Positions 1 through 9,004 of a stretch of 64,000 nt of DNA are shown one piece after another. Under the pieces are notes generated by a model. The model did not search any database. It had not been told where the DNA came from and worked only from the letters and a program-made list of their open reading frames with translations. How positions within the stretch are numbered: the stretch's first letter is position 1; each line of letters begins with the position of its first letter. This DNA comes from Candidatus Sumerlaeia bacterium. GTDB taxonomy: Bacteria > Sumerlaeota > Sumerlaeia > MVZB01. The position numbers and the translations under genes are program-made. The DNA lies in assembly GCA_963580245.1 (NCBI GenBank), contig CAUZJO010000001.1, forward strand, positions 67,564-131,563, given 5' to 3'.

Positions 1-746
1 AGCCGACCTGGGGCTTCTCGGGGTCGCCGTTGCTCCTGGGCGACCGGGTGATCTTCAACGCCGGCGTCACGGTGGCATTCAACAAGGCCGACGGCTCGGT
101 CGCTTGGAAGACGGGCAACCGCGGCGCGGCATATTCGTCGCCGGTAGCCTTCAAGAACAAGGACGGCGAGACGTTGCTGGCGATTTTCAACCAGCCGGGT
201 CTGGACGTGCTGAGGGCCGACAACGGCAAGCGAGTGGCGAATTACGAATGGCCGACCTCCTACGACGTCAACGCCGCGACGCCGATCATTTCCGGTCAGT
301 TGATCTTCATCTCGTCGGGCTACAACGCCGGGGCGGTGCTGATGCGGCTCAAGGGCGGGCGGCTGAGCAAGATTTGGCGCAGCCGTGTGATGCGCAACCA
401 TTTCGGCAGTTCGGTGTCGTGGGAAGGCCACCTCTATGGCTTTGACGAGAGCCGGCTGCGATGCGTGCAGTTCAGCACGGGTCAGGAGCGGTGGACCGAG
501 GGCGACCTGGGCAAAGGCACGCTGCTGGCGGCCGGGGGCAAGTTGATCATCCTGAGCGAGGAGGGCGAATTGGTGATCGCCGAGGCCTCGCCCGAGGGCT
601 TCCGGGAACTCGCGCGTCGGCAGGTCCTTGGAGGCCGCTGCTGGGTCGCGCCGGTCTTATCGGGCGGTCGGCTTTACGTGAAGAACAATATCGGCCGCCT
701 GCTGGCCTTCGACCTGCGCGAGTCTGGCGGCGATTCCGGAGGCTAA
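1..746 (+). CDS. PQQ-like beta-propeller repeat protein (BamB-like), 5'-partial. The reading frame is open from the window edge.
   Basis: The frame is open from nt 3 and the ORF track gives 30..746. The translation has repeated beta-propeller/PQQ-type blades (…GQLIFISSGYNAG…, …GKLIILSEEGELV…, …GGRLYVKNNIGRLLAFDL). There is no start codon inside the window. Confidence 0.55.
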   Translation, partial: PTWGFSGSPLLLGDRVIFNAGVTVAFNKADGSVAWKTGNRGAAYSSPVAFKNKDGETLLAIFNQPGLDVLRADNGKRVANYEWPTSYDVNAATPIISGQLIFISSGYNAGAVLMRLKGGRLSKIWRSRVMRNHFGSSVSWEGHLYGFDESRLRCVQFSTGQERWTEGDLGKGTLLAAGGKLIILSEEGELVIAEASPEGFRELARRQVLGGRCWVAPVLSGGRLYVKNNIGRLLAFDLRESGGDSGG

Positions 747-814
747 AGCCCGAGGGTTCGTTAGCGGCTCTCACCCTGTTTCAAATCACAGCTATTGCTA
801 ATTAGAATGAAGCA

Positions 815-1420
815 TCACGGCGCGTTCTGCGTGGTTTCGATGCCGCCGAAGGCGAAGAGCTCGCCCGCGGAGACCGTTCCGTTGGTGGGGTCGTAGAAGA
901 CGCGGCGGCGCGCGAAGTAGGAGTCGAACTGGCTGCTGGGGCCCAGCGAGGAGAAGTTGTAGTTGTCGGGGTTGCCGCCGTGGGCGGACTGGCCGCTCTG
1001 GGGATTATCGAAAAAGGCCCCCAGCGTGTTGTAGGCGTAGGTGTAGGGCGGCTGGTCGGGGAAGAGAACGACGAGGGGCGGATTGGGGTCGAACTGATTG
1101 TGGAACGGGTCGTGGGGCAGGCCCGTCACGAAGCTGACCGGGGTGGTCAGGACGCGCAGCCGCAGGGCCGCATCGAAATCGACGAGCGGGTTCGGGGAAT
1201 GGATGTCGTCCCCGTCGGGCGGAAACGTGTTGTAGTCCACGGCGTAGGCCTCGACGGCGGTCTTGAGCGAGCGCATGTCGGCCAGGGCGCGCGCGACCTT
1301 CGAGCGGACCTGGGCCTCGAGAAGATTGGGCACGGCGATCGCCGCGAGGATGGCGATTATCGCCACGACGATCAGTAGTTCGATGAGCGTAAAGCCACGT
1401 TGGATTTTGAAGTGTTTCAT
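815..1420 (-). CDS. Prepilin-type N-terminal cleavage/methylation domain protein (type II secretion pseudopilin-like; the DUF1559-type family common in PVC bacteria).
   Basis: The internal ATG at 1420 gives the N-terminus MKHFKIQRGFTLIELLIVVAIIAILAAIAVPNLL, a class III signal plus hydrophobic helix. The ORF-track start at 1480 adds 20 non-conserved residues. Confidence 0.75.
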   Translation of the reverse strand: MKHFKIQRGFTLIELLIVVAIIAILAAIAVPNLLEAQVRSKVARALADMRSLKTAVEAYAVDYNTFPPDGDDIHSPNPLVDFDAALRLRVLTTPVSFVTGLPHDPFHNQFDPNPPLVVLFPDQPPYTYAYNTLGAFFDNPQSGQSAHGGNPDNYNFSSLGPSSQFDSYFARRRVFYDPTNGTVSAGELFAFGGIETTQNAP

Positions 1421-1645
1421 ATCAACTAGGCACCCGAAACGGAGATTATTATGTGGGTCCAGATGTATCATGGCCTTCAAAATTAAACCAGCGCGGCGGG
1501 TTTGTCAAAACCCAATGACGGCGGGTTGAGCCTTGAGGGTGCATCTCGCGGTTCCGTGAGATGGTGGGATGGTGTATAGTTGCTGCGGCCAAGATAACGT
1601 GGCCCAAGGAGATGTTGCGCATGTTCAAGTTGGAGGTGTTGACCC

Positions 1646-1858
1646 ATGGCCGATCTCAAGACACTCAAGGCGCGCCTGGACCAAATCATGATCAAGGCCG
1701 AGCAGCTGGAGCCCGGCGGCGACCTGGCCGGCCTGATCGACGCGGAGCTGGCCGGATTCAACCGCGAGCTGGCTGAGGCCATCGTCCGGCAGTGTGAGAC
1801 GACGACCACGCGCGAGGGGTCGGATTTTCCTTCCTGTGCGCGGATTATGCTACTATAG
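1646..1858 (+). CDS. Small hypothetical protein of 70 aa, helical at its N-terminus. It may be a real small gene or an upstream leader ORF of prfB.
   Basis: There is an ATG with a GGAGG Shine-Dalgarno 11 nt upstream. It is in the same frame as prfB and separated from it by a single TAG. The C-terminal 20 aa are low-complexity. Confidence 0.3.
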   Translation: MADLKTLKARLDQIMIKAEQLEPGGDLAGLIDAELAGFNRELAEAIVRQCETTTTREGSDFPSCARIMLL

Positions 1859-1930
1859 GCATTCAGCGGTCGCTCACGAGAGCGACGCGCCCCGTTTCGG
1901 GGCAGATTCGATGGGAGCTGGAGACCTTGC

Positions 1931-3046
1931 GTGGTGATTGAACAAGAAGATCTGGCGCCAACCCTGCAACGCGTCCAACAGCGCGTGGCCGAGGCGCGCG
2001 AGTACCTGAACTTCGAGCGGCTCCGTGATCAGATCGAGCAGATGGAGGTGCAGTCGGCCCGCGAGGGGTTTTGGGGCGACGTGGCGGCGGCCCAGGACCA
2101 TATGCGGCGCCTCAATCGGCTCAAGTCATCGCTGACCCCCTGGGAAGCCCTCGAGACGGAGGTCCGAGACGCCCTCGAGCTCGCCGAGATGGCCCAGGGC
2201 GACCCCGCCATGACCCAGGAGCTGATCGAGAACGCCGAAAAGCTGGACCGCACGCTCGGCAGCCTCGAGACGCGTGTCCTGCTCAAGGACCCCGACGACG
2301 AGAAGCCCGCCTACCTCCACATCCACGCCGGGGCCGGCGGCACCGAGTCGTGCGACTGGGTCCAGATGCTGCTGCGGATGTATGCCCGCTGGTGCGAGCG
2401 AAAGGGTTACGAGGTGGAGCAGGTCGAGATGACCGAAGGGGAGGAGGCTGGCCTGCGCAGCGTCACCCTGCTGATCAAGGGCGAGTACCCCTTCGGGATG
2501 CTCAAGTCCGAGTGCGGTGTCCATCGCCTGGTCCGCATCTCGCCCTTCGACGCCAACAAACGGCGCCACACGTCGTTCTGCTCGGTGGACGTCTGGCCCC
2601 AGGTCGATGACAGCATCGAGGTCGATATCAAGGACGAGGACCTCAAGATCGATACGTTTCGCGCGTCGGGGGCGGGCGGCCAGCACGTCAATAAGACCTC
2701 CTCGGCCGTGCGCATCACCCACCTGCCGACCAAGATCGTCGTCTCCTGCCAGAACGAACGCAGTCAGCACCAGAACAAGGCGCGGGCGATCAAGATGCTC
2801 CAGGGACGGCTCTATCAGTTCCACCGCGATCTGCAACTGGCCGAGGAGGCGGTGCGCGAGGATTCGAAGATGGAAATCACATGGGGCAGCCAGATCCGCT
2901 CTTACGTCTTCCAGCCCTACCAGATGGTCAAGGACGTGCGCACCCGCCACGAAACCGGCAACATCCCGGCGGTGATGGACGGCGATATCGACGGTTTCCT
3001 CGAAGCCTACCTGCGTTGGTCGGCCGGCGCTTCGGCACCCAAGTAG
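1931..3046 (+). CDS. prfB: Peptide chain release factor 2.
   Basis: The SPF tripeptide (VRISPFD) and GGQ (SGAGGQHVNKT) motifs are present, and the length of 371 aa fits RF2. The start is GTG. The N-terminal ~25 aa (…AEAREYLNFERL) are in frame with the body. Confidence 0.9.
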   Translation: MVIEQEDLAPTLQRVQQRVAEAREYLNFERLRDQIEQMEVQSAREGFWGDVAAAQDHMRRLNRLKSSLTPWEALETEVRDALELAEMAQGDPAMTQELIENAEKLDRTLGSLETRVLLKDPDDEKPAYLHIHAGAGGTESCDWVQMLLRMYARWCERKGYEVEQVEMTEGEEAGLRSVTLLIKGEYPFGMLKSECGVHRLVRISPFDANKRRHTSFCSVDVWPQVDDSIEVDIKDEDLKIDTFRASGAGGQHVNKTSSAVRITHLPTKIVVSCQNERSQHQNKARAIKMLQGRLYQFHRDLQLAEEAVREDSKMEITWGSQIRSYVFQPYQMVKDVRTRHETGNIPAVMDGDIDGFLEAYLRWSAGASAPK

Positions 3047-3123
3047 GGCCGGGGAGGGAGGCAAAGCCGACACCTCCTCAAAGGCTTCAAACACCGCAAA
3101 CGCGCGGTTTTTCGCCGTCGGCT

Positions 3124-3244
3124 CTCGGCTCCCGTCCTCGTCCTTCGTCCTCGGACTTTTCTGGATTCGATCGGGTGTTCCCAGACCGATGGCCTTTGTT
3201 TCGATTGAAGAATTCGAGGACGAAGGACGAGGACGGGAGCCGAG
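3124..3244. repeat. Large perfect inverted repeat: 30-bp arms (3124-3153 and 3215-3244) around a 61-nt loop, 3' of prfB.
   Basis: ctcggctcccgtcctcgtccttcgtcctcg … cgaggacgaaggacgaggacgggagccgag. A third half-site-like copy, tctcggctcccc, lies at 3310-3321. Confidence 0.8.
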
Positions 3245-3279
3245 TCTCCGACGCGCCATAGCACTTTGGCGACGGTGCG
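3244..3279. repeat. Copy A of a ~37-bp dispersed repeat (gtctccgacgcgccatagcactttggcgacggtgcg).
   Basis: It is ~92% identical to 12181-12217. It sits directly 3' of the big hairpin. Both copies put an identical '…VSDAP*' tail on overlapping ORFs. Confidence 0.75.
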
Positions 3280-3416
3280 AGCCGATCAGATCGGAACTCG
3301 GGGACGCTTCTCGGCTCCCCTTCATTGATACCGCGTTTACTGCGAAAACTGAATAACACCCCCGACATAGCCCTGTTCTGATTGCGCCTATAACTTCATG
3401 CGCGATTCCGCTAGGC

Positions 3417-4631
3417 TTGGGGGCCATGCCGCGCAAGCGAACCAGGCCCCGCAATAACCCGCCGACCAACCAGGCGGAGACTCCGGTTGAAAAGCCGGCG
3501 GCCGGCGACGAGCAGCCCGCCGGGCGTTCCATTCCGTTACGGCGCCGGTTGATTTACCTTGCCGTCCCCCCCATTGGGTTCGTCCTGCTGTTGCTCATGA
3601 TCGAGTTGATCGCGCGGCTGGCGATCGAGCCGGTCAGCAGCCTGGAGACGTTTGTGCGGGTCGCTTACCCCGATTTGGTCGGCGAGAAGGAAGGGGCGCG
3701 CGCATTTGAAGGCGATCCGCTGTTGGCCTGGCGCTTCAAGCCGAACCTCAAGGACCAGTACTGGGATTACACCACGTTCTCGACCAACGAGGCCGGGTTG
3801 CGACACAACGGACCGGTCCGGCGCAAGCCGCGCGGCGGTTTCCGCGTGTTGTGCGTCGGAGACTCGGTGACGTGGGGCTATCGGGTGCCGGTGTCGTTTC
3901 CGGAAGCGCCGTTGCGTTTCAACCCCAAACATCGGCCTTACCCACGACTCCTCGAGGAGATGCTGCGCGCGATGCTCGCCGGACGCGCGGTCGACGTGGT
4001 GACGCTGGCCGTGCCGGGTTACACGAGCCATCAGGGATTGGCCTGGCTGCGGCGCGACATCGGCCGTTACGATCCCGATCTCGTGATCATCTGCTTTGGC
4101 TGGAACGACACTGACACGCGCGCGGCCCCCGACAGCGAGACGCTGCCGATGGGTTGGACCGCGCGGGCGCGTCGGCGGCTGCTGGGTGCCAGCCGGGCGA
4201 TGGTCGCCGCCTCGCGCTGGATCGAGGATCGCCGCGCCGCCGGGAAGGCCGCGACCCCGCCCAAATCCGTCGCGCGTATTTCAGAAGCGCAGTACGTCGA
4301 GAACTTCCGCCGCATGACCGACCTGGTCCGGCGCCGCGGAGCGCGGCCCATCGTCATCGCGCCGATCTATCGCGACGCGGTCACGAACCGAGCCCATGCC
4401 CGCCGCATCGCCGCCCACCGCCAAGCCCTCGCCGACGCCATGCGCGAGCAAGGGACGCCCTATCTGGAGATCCCCGAACTGACCGAAGCCGCCCATCCCG
4501 ACAACGCGGGCCTGTTCGGCGAGCTGATCCACCCGAACCATGTCGGTCACCGGCTGATGACCACCCGGCTGCTGGAGCTGATGCGGGAGCTGAAACTCTT
4601 ACCGGTTCAGGAGCCTGGGAAGGAAGGATAG
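3417..4631 (+). CDS. SGNH/GDSL-family hydrolase (lipase/acylhydrolase-like) with an N-terminal TM anchor.
   Basis: Block I is CVGDSVTWGY (GDS), a GWND-like block is ICFGWNDTD, and the C-terminal histidine region is HPNHVGH. A hydrophobic helix, LIYLAVPPIGFVLLLLMIELIA, follows a basic N-terminus. Confidence 0.6.
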   Translation: MGAMPRKRTRPRNNPPTNQAETPVEKPAAGDEQPAGRSIPLRRRLIYLAVPPIGFVLLLLMIELIARLAIEPVSSLETFVRVAYPDLVGEKEGARAFEGDPLLAWRFKPNLKDQYWDYTTFSTNEAGLRHNGPVRRKPRGGFRVLCVGDSVTWGYRVPVSFPEAPLRFNPKHRPYPRLLEEMLRAMLAGRAVDVVTLAVPGYTSHQGLAWLRRDIGRYDPDLVIICFGWNDTDTRAAPDSETLPMGWTARARRRLLGASRAMVAASRWIEDRRAAGKAATPPKSVARISEAQYVENFRRMTDLVRRRGARPIVIAPIYRDAVTNRAHARRIAAHRQALADAMREQGTPYLEIPELTEAAHPDNAGLFGELIHPNHVGHRLMTTRLLELMRELKLLPVQEPGKEG

Positions 4632-4812
4632 AGACCTCAGCGGTCCCCCAATCAATCTTGGCGCTGAAACGGGTGACTGATATAACTGAGCATGCGAAGG
4701 CGTTCTGTCGCCTCGTCATCCGATAACCATGACGTCAAGAGGACGAGGCCAATAATTATCCATTAACTTTCTGGAATGCCTATCTGGAAGCCTTGGGAAG
4801 TCTCTGTAACGA

Positions 4813-5988
4813 ATGCAACTCCCGGTCTACATGGACAGTCACGCCACCACGCCCTGCGATCCGCGGGTGGTCGAGGCGATGCTGCCGACTTTCACCAAGA
4901 TGTTCGGCAACGCCGCCAGCCGCGACCACGCCTTCGGCTGGGAGGCCGAAGCGTTGGTCGAGCAGGCGCGCGACCGGGTCGCGGACCTGCTCGGTGCCGA
5001 CCCCACCGAAATCGTCTTCACCTCGGGGGCGACCGAGTCCGATAATCTGGCGATCAAGGGGGTTGCCGGCGTCTACGGCGGGAAGGGCCGCCACGTCATC
5101 ACCTGCCAAACCGAGCACGAGGCCGTCCTGGAGACCTGCCGGAGCCTGGAGGCGGGGGGTTTCGAGGTGACGCGCCTGCCGGTGCAGCCCGACGGCTTGA
5201 TCCGCCCCGGCGAGCTGGCCGCGGCCATCCGCGACGACACGATCCTCGTCTCGATCATGTACGCCAACAACGAGATCGGCGTAATCCAGCCGATCGGCGA
5301 GATCGGGCGGCTGTGTAAGGCCAGGGGGGTTCTCTTCCACTGCGACGCAGTCCAGGCGATGGACTGGGTGGCGATCGACGCGCGGGTGCTGGGCATTGAC
5401 CTGCTCTCCATTTCGGGACACAAGATGCACGGGCCCAAGGGGGTCGGGGCACTCTACGCGCGGCGGCGTGGCCCGCGCGTTCGCCTCCAACCCCAGATGA
5501 GCGGTGGGGGTCATGAGCGCGGCCTGCGCTCGGGGACGCTCAACGTGCCGGGGATCGTCGGGCTGGGCAAGGCCGCCGAGATCGCCGCCGCCCAGCGCGA
5601 GGAGGACGGCCGGCGGGTGCGCGGGCTGCGCGACCGGCTCCTCGATGCGATCACCTCGCGCCTGCCCAAAGTCGTCGTCAACGGGTCCCTGGAGCGGCGT
5701 CTCCCCAATAACCTGCACCTATCGTTTCCTGGGATTCGTGCCGAAACGATGCTCAAGGGCATGCGGGATCTGGCCGTCAGCTCAGGGGCAGCCTGCGCCT
5801 CGGCGACCCAGGAGCCCTCCCATGTCCTGCGGGCCCTGGGGGTCCCCGATGAGCTGGCCGAGTGCTCGCTGCGGTTCGGCCTGCACCGTTTCACGACCCC
5901 CGAAGAGGTCGCATTCGCCGCCGACCAGGTCGTCCGGACCGTCCAGCGGCTCCGGGAAAAGAGCCCGAGGGCGAGTATAGACATCTGA
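4813..5988 (+). CDS. iscS: Cysteine desulfurase (IscS/NifS family, PLP-dependent).
   Basis: It starts MQLPVYMDSHATTP. The PLP-lysine region is SISGHKMHGPKGVGALY and the active-site Cys loop is SSGAACAS. The length is 391 aa. Confidence 0.9.
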   Translation: MQLPVYMDSHATTPCDPRVVEAMLPTFTKMFGNAASRDHAFGWEAEALVEQARDRVADLLGADPTEIVFTSGATESDNLAIKGVAGVYGGKGRHVITCQTEHEAVLETCRSLEAGGFEVTRLPVQPDGLIRPGELAAAIRDDTILVSIMYANNEIGVIQPIGEIGRLCKARGVLFHCDAVQAMDWVAIDARVLGIDLLSISGHKMHGPKGVGALYARRRGPRVRLQPQMSGGGHERGLRSGTLNVPGIVGLGKAAEIAAAQREEDGRRVRGLRDRLLDAITSRLPKVVVNGSLERRLPNNLHLSFPGIRAETMLKGMRDLAVSSGAACASATQEPSHVLRALGVPDELAECSLRFGLHRFTTPEEVAFAADQVVRTVQRLREKSPRASIDI

Positions 5989-6167
5989 ATTGAAAGGACT
6001 TACGATCAAAATGAAGGATGGCCGGTTGACGCCTGAGGGCCGTTGTGCTAGGCTCTTTGAGGGTTGACTTTTGAAAGCCGGCCCCTCACAGTATCCTCCG
6101 GGAACTAAAGTCCGCTTCCAGATCAGCACCTTCAACTAGAGATTCGTATCGATCGAGGAGAACGGGA

Positions 6168-6491
6168 ATGCTTCATGTCACGCCGTTGGCGGTTTCAGAG
6201 ATTAAGCGCCTGCTCAAGGATAGGGGTCATCAGGACTATGGGATGCGTGTCGGCGTCAAAGGCGGCGGTTGCTCGGGGCTGTCTTATCTGATGGACGCCG
6301 AAGAGCGGCCCCAGGAACACGACCGGGTCTTCGAGGTGGAAGGGGTCCGATTGTTCTGCGACCCCAAGAGCTATCTCTACCTGAGCGGCCTGACCCTAGA
6401 CTACAGCAATCAACTGATCGGCGGCGGATTCCAATTCAGCAATCCCAACGCCACCCGCACCTGCTCGTGCGGGACCTCGTTCAGCGTTTAA
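6168..6491 (+). CDS. iscA: Iron-sulfur cluster insertion/assembly protein (HesB/IscA/ErpA A-type carrier).
   Basis: It is 107 aa. The three conserved Cys fall in GGCSG … CSCGTSF at the C-terminus. A GAGGAG Shine-Dalgarno sits upstream. Confidence 0.85.
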   Translation: MLHVTPLAVSEIKRLLKDRGHQDYGMRVGVKGGGCSGLSYLMDAEERPQEHDRVFEVEGVRLFCDPKSYLYLSGLTLDYSNQLIGGGFQFSNPNATRTCSCGTSFSV

Positions 6492-6518
6492 GGCGCCTCG
6501 GCGCCTAGAATTCCACCG

Positions 6519-7739
6519 ATGCCCCCCACCCCCCCCACCGATACCTTGCCCTATGCCAAAGACGGCCTGATCCGCCGCAGTTTCGGCCTGAAGTCCGAAA
6601 TCATGGAGGATCTGGACACCGACTATCACTCCGCCATCACCACGCGCATTAGGGAGAATGGAAACCGATGGGAGATGGGCGGCCTGCGCCTGCGGCTGGC
6701 TGCGGAGTTCGGCTTCTGCTACGGGGTCGATAAGGCCATCGACCTGTCCTACGAGACCCGCCGTCGCTTTCCGGACAAGCGGCTCTATCTGACCGGCGAG
6801 ATCATCCATAACCAGCGGGTCAACCGGCGTCTGTTGGAGATGGACTACCGGTTCCTCTCCGGCCAGTACGCCAAGGGTAGCGAGATCGACGAGATCCGGC
6901 CCGAGGACGTGGTCGTCCTTCCGGCCTTTGGGGTGGAGACCGGCCTTCTGCAACGACTGCGCGACATCGGTTGCATCATCGTCGACACCACCTGCGGCTC
7001 GGTCATGCATGTGTGGAAGCGGGTGGAACGCTACGCGCGCGAGGGCTTCACGTCGGTTATCCACGGCAAATGGTTCCACGAGGAGACCATCGCCACCTGT
7101 TCGCACGTCACCCAACATGAAGGGGGCCGCTACCTGGTCGTGCTCGACAAGGAGGAGGCCCGGCAAGTCTGCGATTTTCTGCGCAACGGCCAAGGCGCCC
7201 AGGGGCTGCAAGAGAAGTTCACGAAGGAAATCTCGGAGGGGTTTGATTTCACGCGGGACTTGGAAAAGATCGGCGTGGCGAACCAGACAACGATGCTTTC
7301 ATCGGAGTCGCTCGAGATCGGCGCCATGGTCCGCGAGGCGATGGCCGAGCGACGCGGCGAGGCCTACGCCGCCGAGAATTTCCGCTCCTTCGATACGATC
7401 TGCCATGCCACCCAGGACCGCCAGGACGCCGTGCTGGAGATGATGCGCGAGCCGCCCGACGTGATGATCGTGGTGGGCGGCCTTAACAGCTCCAACACCG
7501 GTCACCTGTGCGAGATCGCCTCCCAGCATTGCCCAACGTATTATATCGACGACGCCTCGCGGCTGCTTTCGCCTCGCGAGATCATGCATAAACCGCCCGA
7601 AGCCGACGCGGCGATGGTCACCAGCTCGGACTGGCTGCCCGAGTGCCGGCCGATTGAGATCGGCCTGACCGCCGGTGCCTCCACTCCCAATAAGCTCATC
7701 GGCGAGGTGGTTGAGCGCCTGGCCCAATGGGAGCTTTAA
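6519..7739 (+). CDS. ispH: 4-hydroxy-3-methylbut-2-enyl diphosphate reductase (IspH/LytB), the long plant/cyanobacterial-type form.
   Basis: Conserved blocks are FCYGVDKAI, IIHNQRV, VDTTCGSVMHVW, GVANQTTM and GGLNSSNTGHL. The length is 406 aa. Confidence 0.85.
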   Translation: MPPTPPTDTLPYAKDGLIRRSFGLKSEIMEDLDTDYHSAITTRIRENGNRWEMGGLRLRLAAEFGFCYGVDKAIDLSYETRRRFPDKRLYLTGEIIHNQRVNRRLLEMDYRFLSGQYAKGSEIDEIRPEDVVVLPAFGVETGLLQRLRDIGCIIVDTTCGSVMHVWKRVERYAREGFTSVIHGKWFHEETIATCSHVTQHEGGRYLVVLDKEEARQVCDFLRNGQGAQGLQEKFTKEISEGFDFTRDLEKIGVANQTTMLSSESLEIGAMVREAMAERRGEAYAAENFRSFDTICHATQDRQDAVLEMMREPPDVMIVVGGLNSSNTGHLCEIASQHCPTYYIDDASRLLSPREIMHKPPEADAAMVTSSDWLPECRPIEIGLTAGASTPNKLIGEVVERLAQWEL

Positions 7740-7782
7740 GGGGCCGTTGGTTGCAGGCTAACCCGAGGCCCCGCCCGCCGTT

Positions 7783-8475
7783 TCAAGAACCCTCGCCCGA
7801 CGGGTAAACCTCGATGACCACGCGGCGATTCATCGTCCGTCCCGCTTCTGTCTGATTGTCCCCCACCGGAGCCGATTCGCCCAAGCCGACCGCTTCGACC
7901 CGCCTTGGATCTACCCGATTGGCGGTCAGGTGATTGCGCACCATATCGGCGCGGCGTTGCGAGAGGTCCACGTTGGTGGCATCGGACCCTTCGCTGCTGG
8001 CGTAACCCATGACGACGACCCGCGAGTCGGGGTATTCAACCAGCACGTCGGCGATCTCGGCGATTTTCTCGGCCCCCTTCGCCGTCAGGGCCGATGAGCC
8101 TTGCTCGAAGAGCACCAGCTCATGGATGCTCAGCTCGAGGTGTTCGGGTCGATAGGCGTCCTCTTCGGGATAATACGTCTCCTCATAAGTCTCGACGTCG
8201 ACCTGATCAATACGGTCGAACTTCTTGGCTTGCCGATCAACGGCCCAGCCGACGCCGGCGCCCAAAAGCCCGCCCGCGGCCGCGCCGATCGCCGCTCCCT
8301 CGTATTTATGACCGGACTGATGACCGATGATCCCGCCGGCCACCGCGCCGGTGATGGCCCCGATCGTCGCCCCGCTAGCCACTTTGTGCTCCCCCATCGT
8401 CTGGCAACCGGTCGGGCCGATGATGAGGACCGGGACCAGCATCCACATCAACCATCGCTGCAACGTCTGTGTCAT
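7783..8475 (-). CDS. OmpA-family (OmpA C-terminal, peptidoglycan-binding) lipoprotein with a Gly-zipper segment.
   Basis: The signal peptide with lipobox is …IIGPTGC. A glycine-zipper region, GAITGAVAGGIIG…GAAIGAAAGGLLGAG, follows. The OmpA_C motifs are …VMGYASSEGSDATNVDLSQRRADMV…NRRVVIEV. Confidence 0.8.
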   Translation of the reverse strand: MTQTLQRWLMWMLVPVLIIGPTGCQTMGEHKVASGATIGAITGAVAGGIIGHQSGHKYEGAAIGAAAGGLLGAGVGWAVDRQAKKFDRIDQVDVETYEETYYPEEDAYRPEHLELSIHELVLFEQGSSALTAKGAEKIAEIADVLVEYPDSRVVVMGYASSEGSDATNVDLSQRRADMVRNHLTANRVDPRRVEAVGLGESAPVGDNQTEAGRTMNRRVVIEVYPSGEGS

Positions 8476-9004
8476 GATTGCGCTCCTTCTCTTCCGAACT
8501 ACTTCGCGGCCACGTTTGGGGCCCCGATCGGGAACGTCACTCCCTCTATGTTAGACTATCTCTATCACAGATGGTTCCGTCATCGCCGCCGCAAAGGTTA
8601 AAGGGGTACGTCTCACGGCTCCTTGAGATGCGCCCAAGGGCCGCGAGCACAAGTCAGTTCTCTTGCTCCCTGAAGGGGAGCAATATGAATAGCCAGGGGT
8701 GACAACCCCTGGCTTGTAGGGGCCCCAAGACGTCACGACCCTGGAGGGGTCGAACAGGCCGCATCACGCTGTGGTTCAACCCTTTCAGGATTGTCGCGAT
8801 TTTGGGACCGCGAACCGTGGTTTGTCACCCACGGCTAATCACATTCGACCCCTGTGGGGTCGCATATAAGGAATGATTTGGTTTCTGCCCCGCGCCGCCA
8901 AGGTTGCCTCTCGCGGGTTCGTCAGATGCAGCCCGTGGTTTATCGGCGGACCGAAACTCCTTGAAAACGGAGGTTCAACGGAGCACTCTGTCCTAAAATG
9001 GAGT

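Noticed and set aside
1901-1960. I looked for the prfB programmed +1 frameshift (CUU UGA C with an upstream Shine-Dalgarno-like sequence).
   Set aside because: The RF2 N-terminal homology (…REYLNFERL…) is in frame with the body and no such site exists. The gene is reported as an unshifted prfB.
2126-3532. A 468-aa minus-strand ORF antisense to prfB. Similar long antisense ORFs occur at 9029..10672 -, 14709..15899 -, 16867..18132 +, 21676..23109 -, 24145..25200 -, 29500..30651 +, 38774..40564 +, 51300..52211 -, 56424..57608 - and 59920..60648 -.
   Set aside because: Each lies opposite a gene with clear family motifs. The translations are Arg/Gly/Asp/Pro-rich with no motifs, typical of stop-codon-poor antisense frames in >60% GC DNA.
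8873-9004. The 44-codon N-terminal extension of zwf from the ORF track (MIWFLPRAAKVASRGF…).
   Set aside because: It is not conserved relative to G6PD N-termini, which begin ~20 aa before the GASGDL motif. It also overlaps the hairpin-rich leader. The 9005/9017 ATGs are preferred, but not proven.
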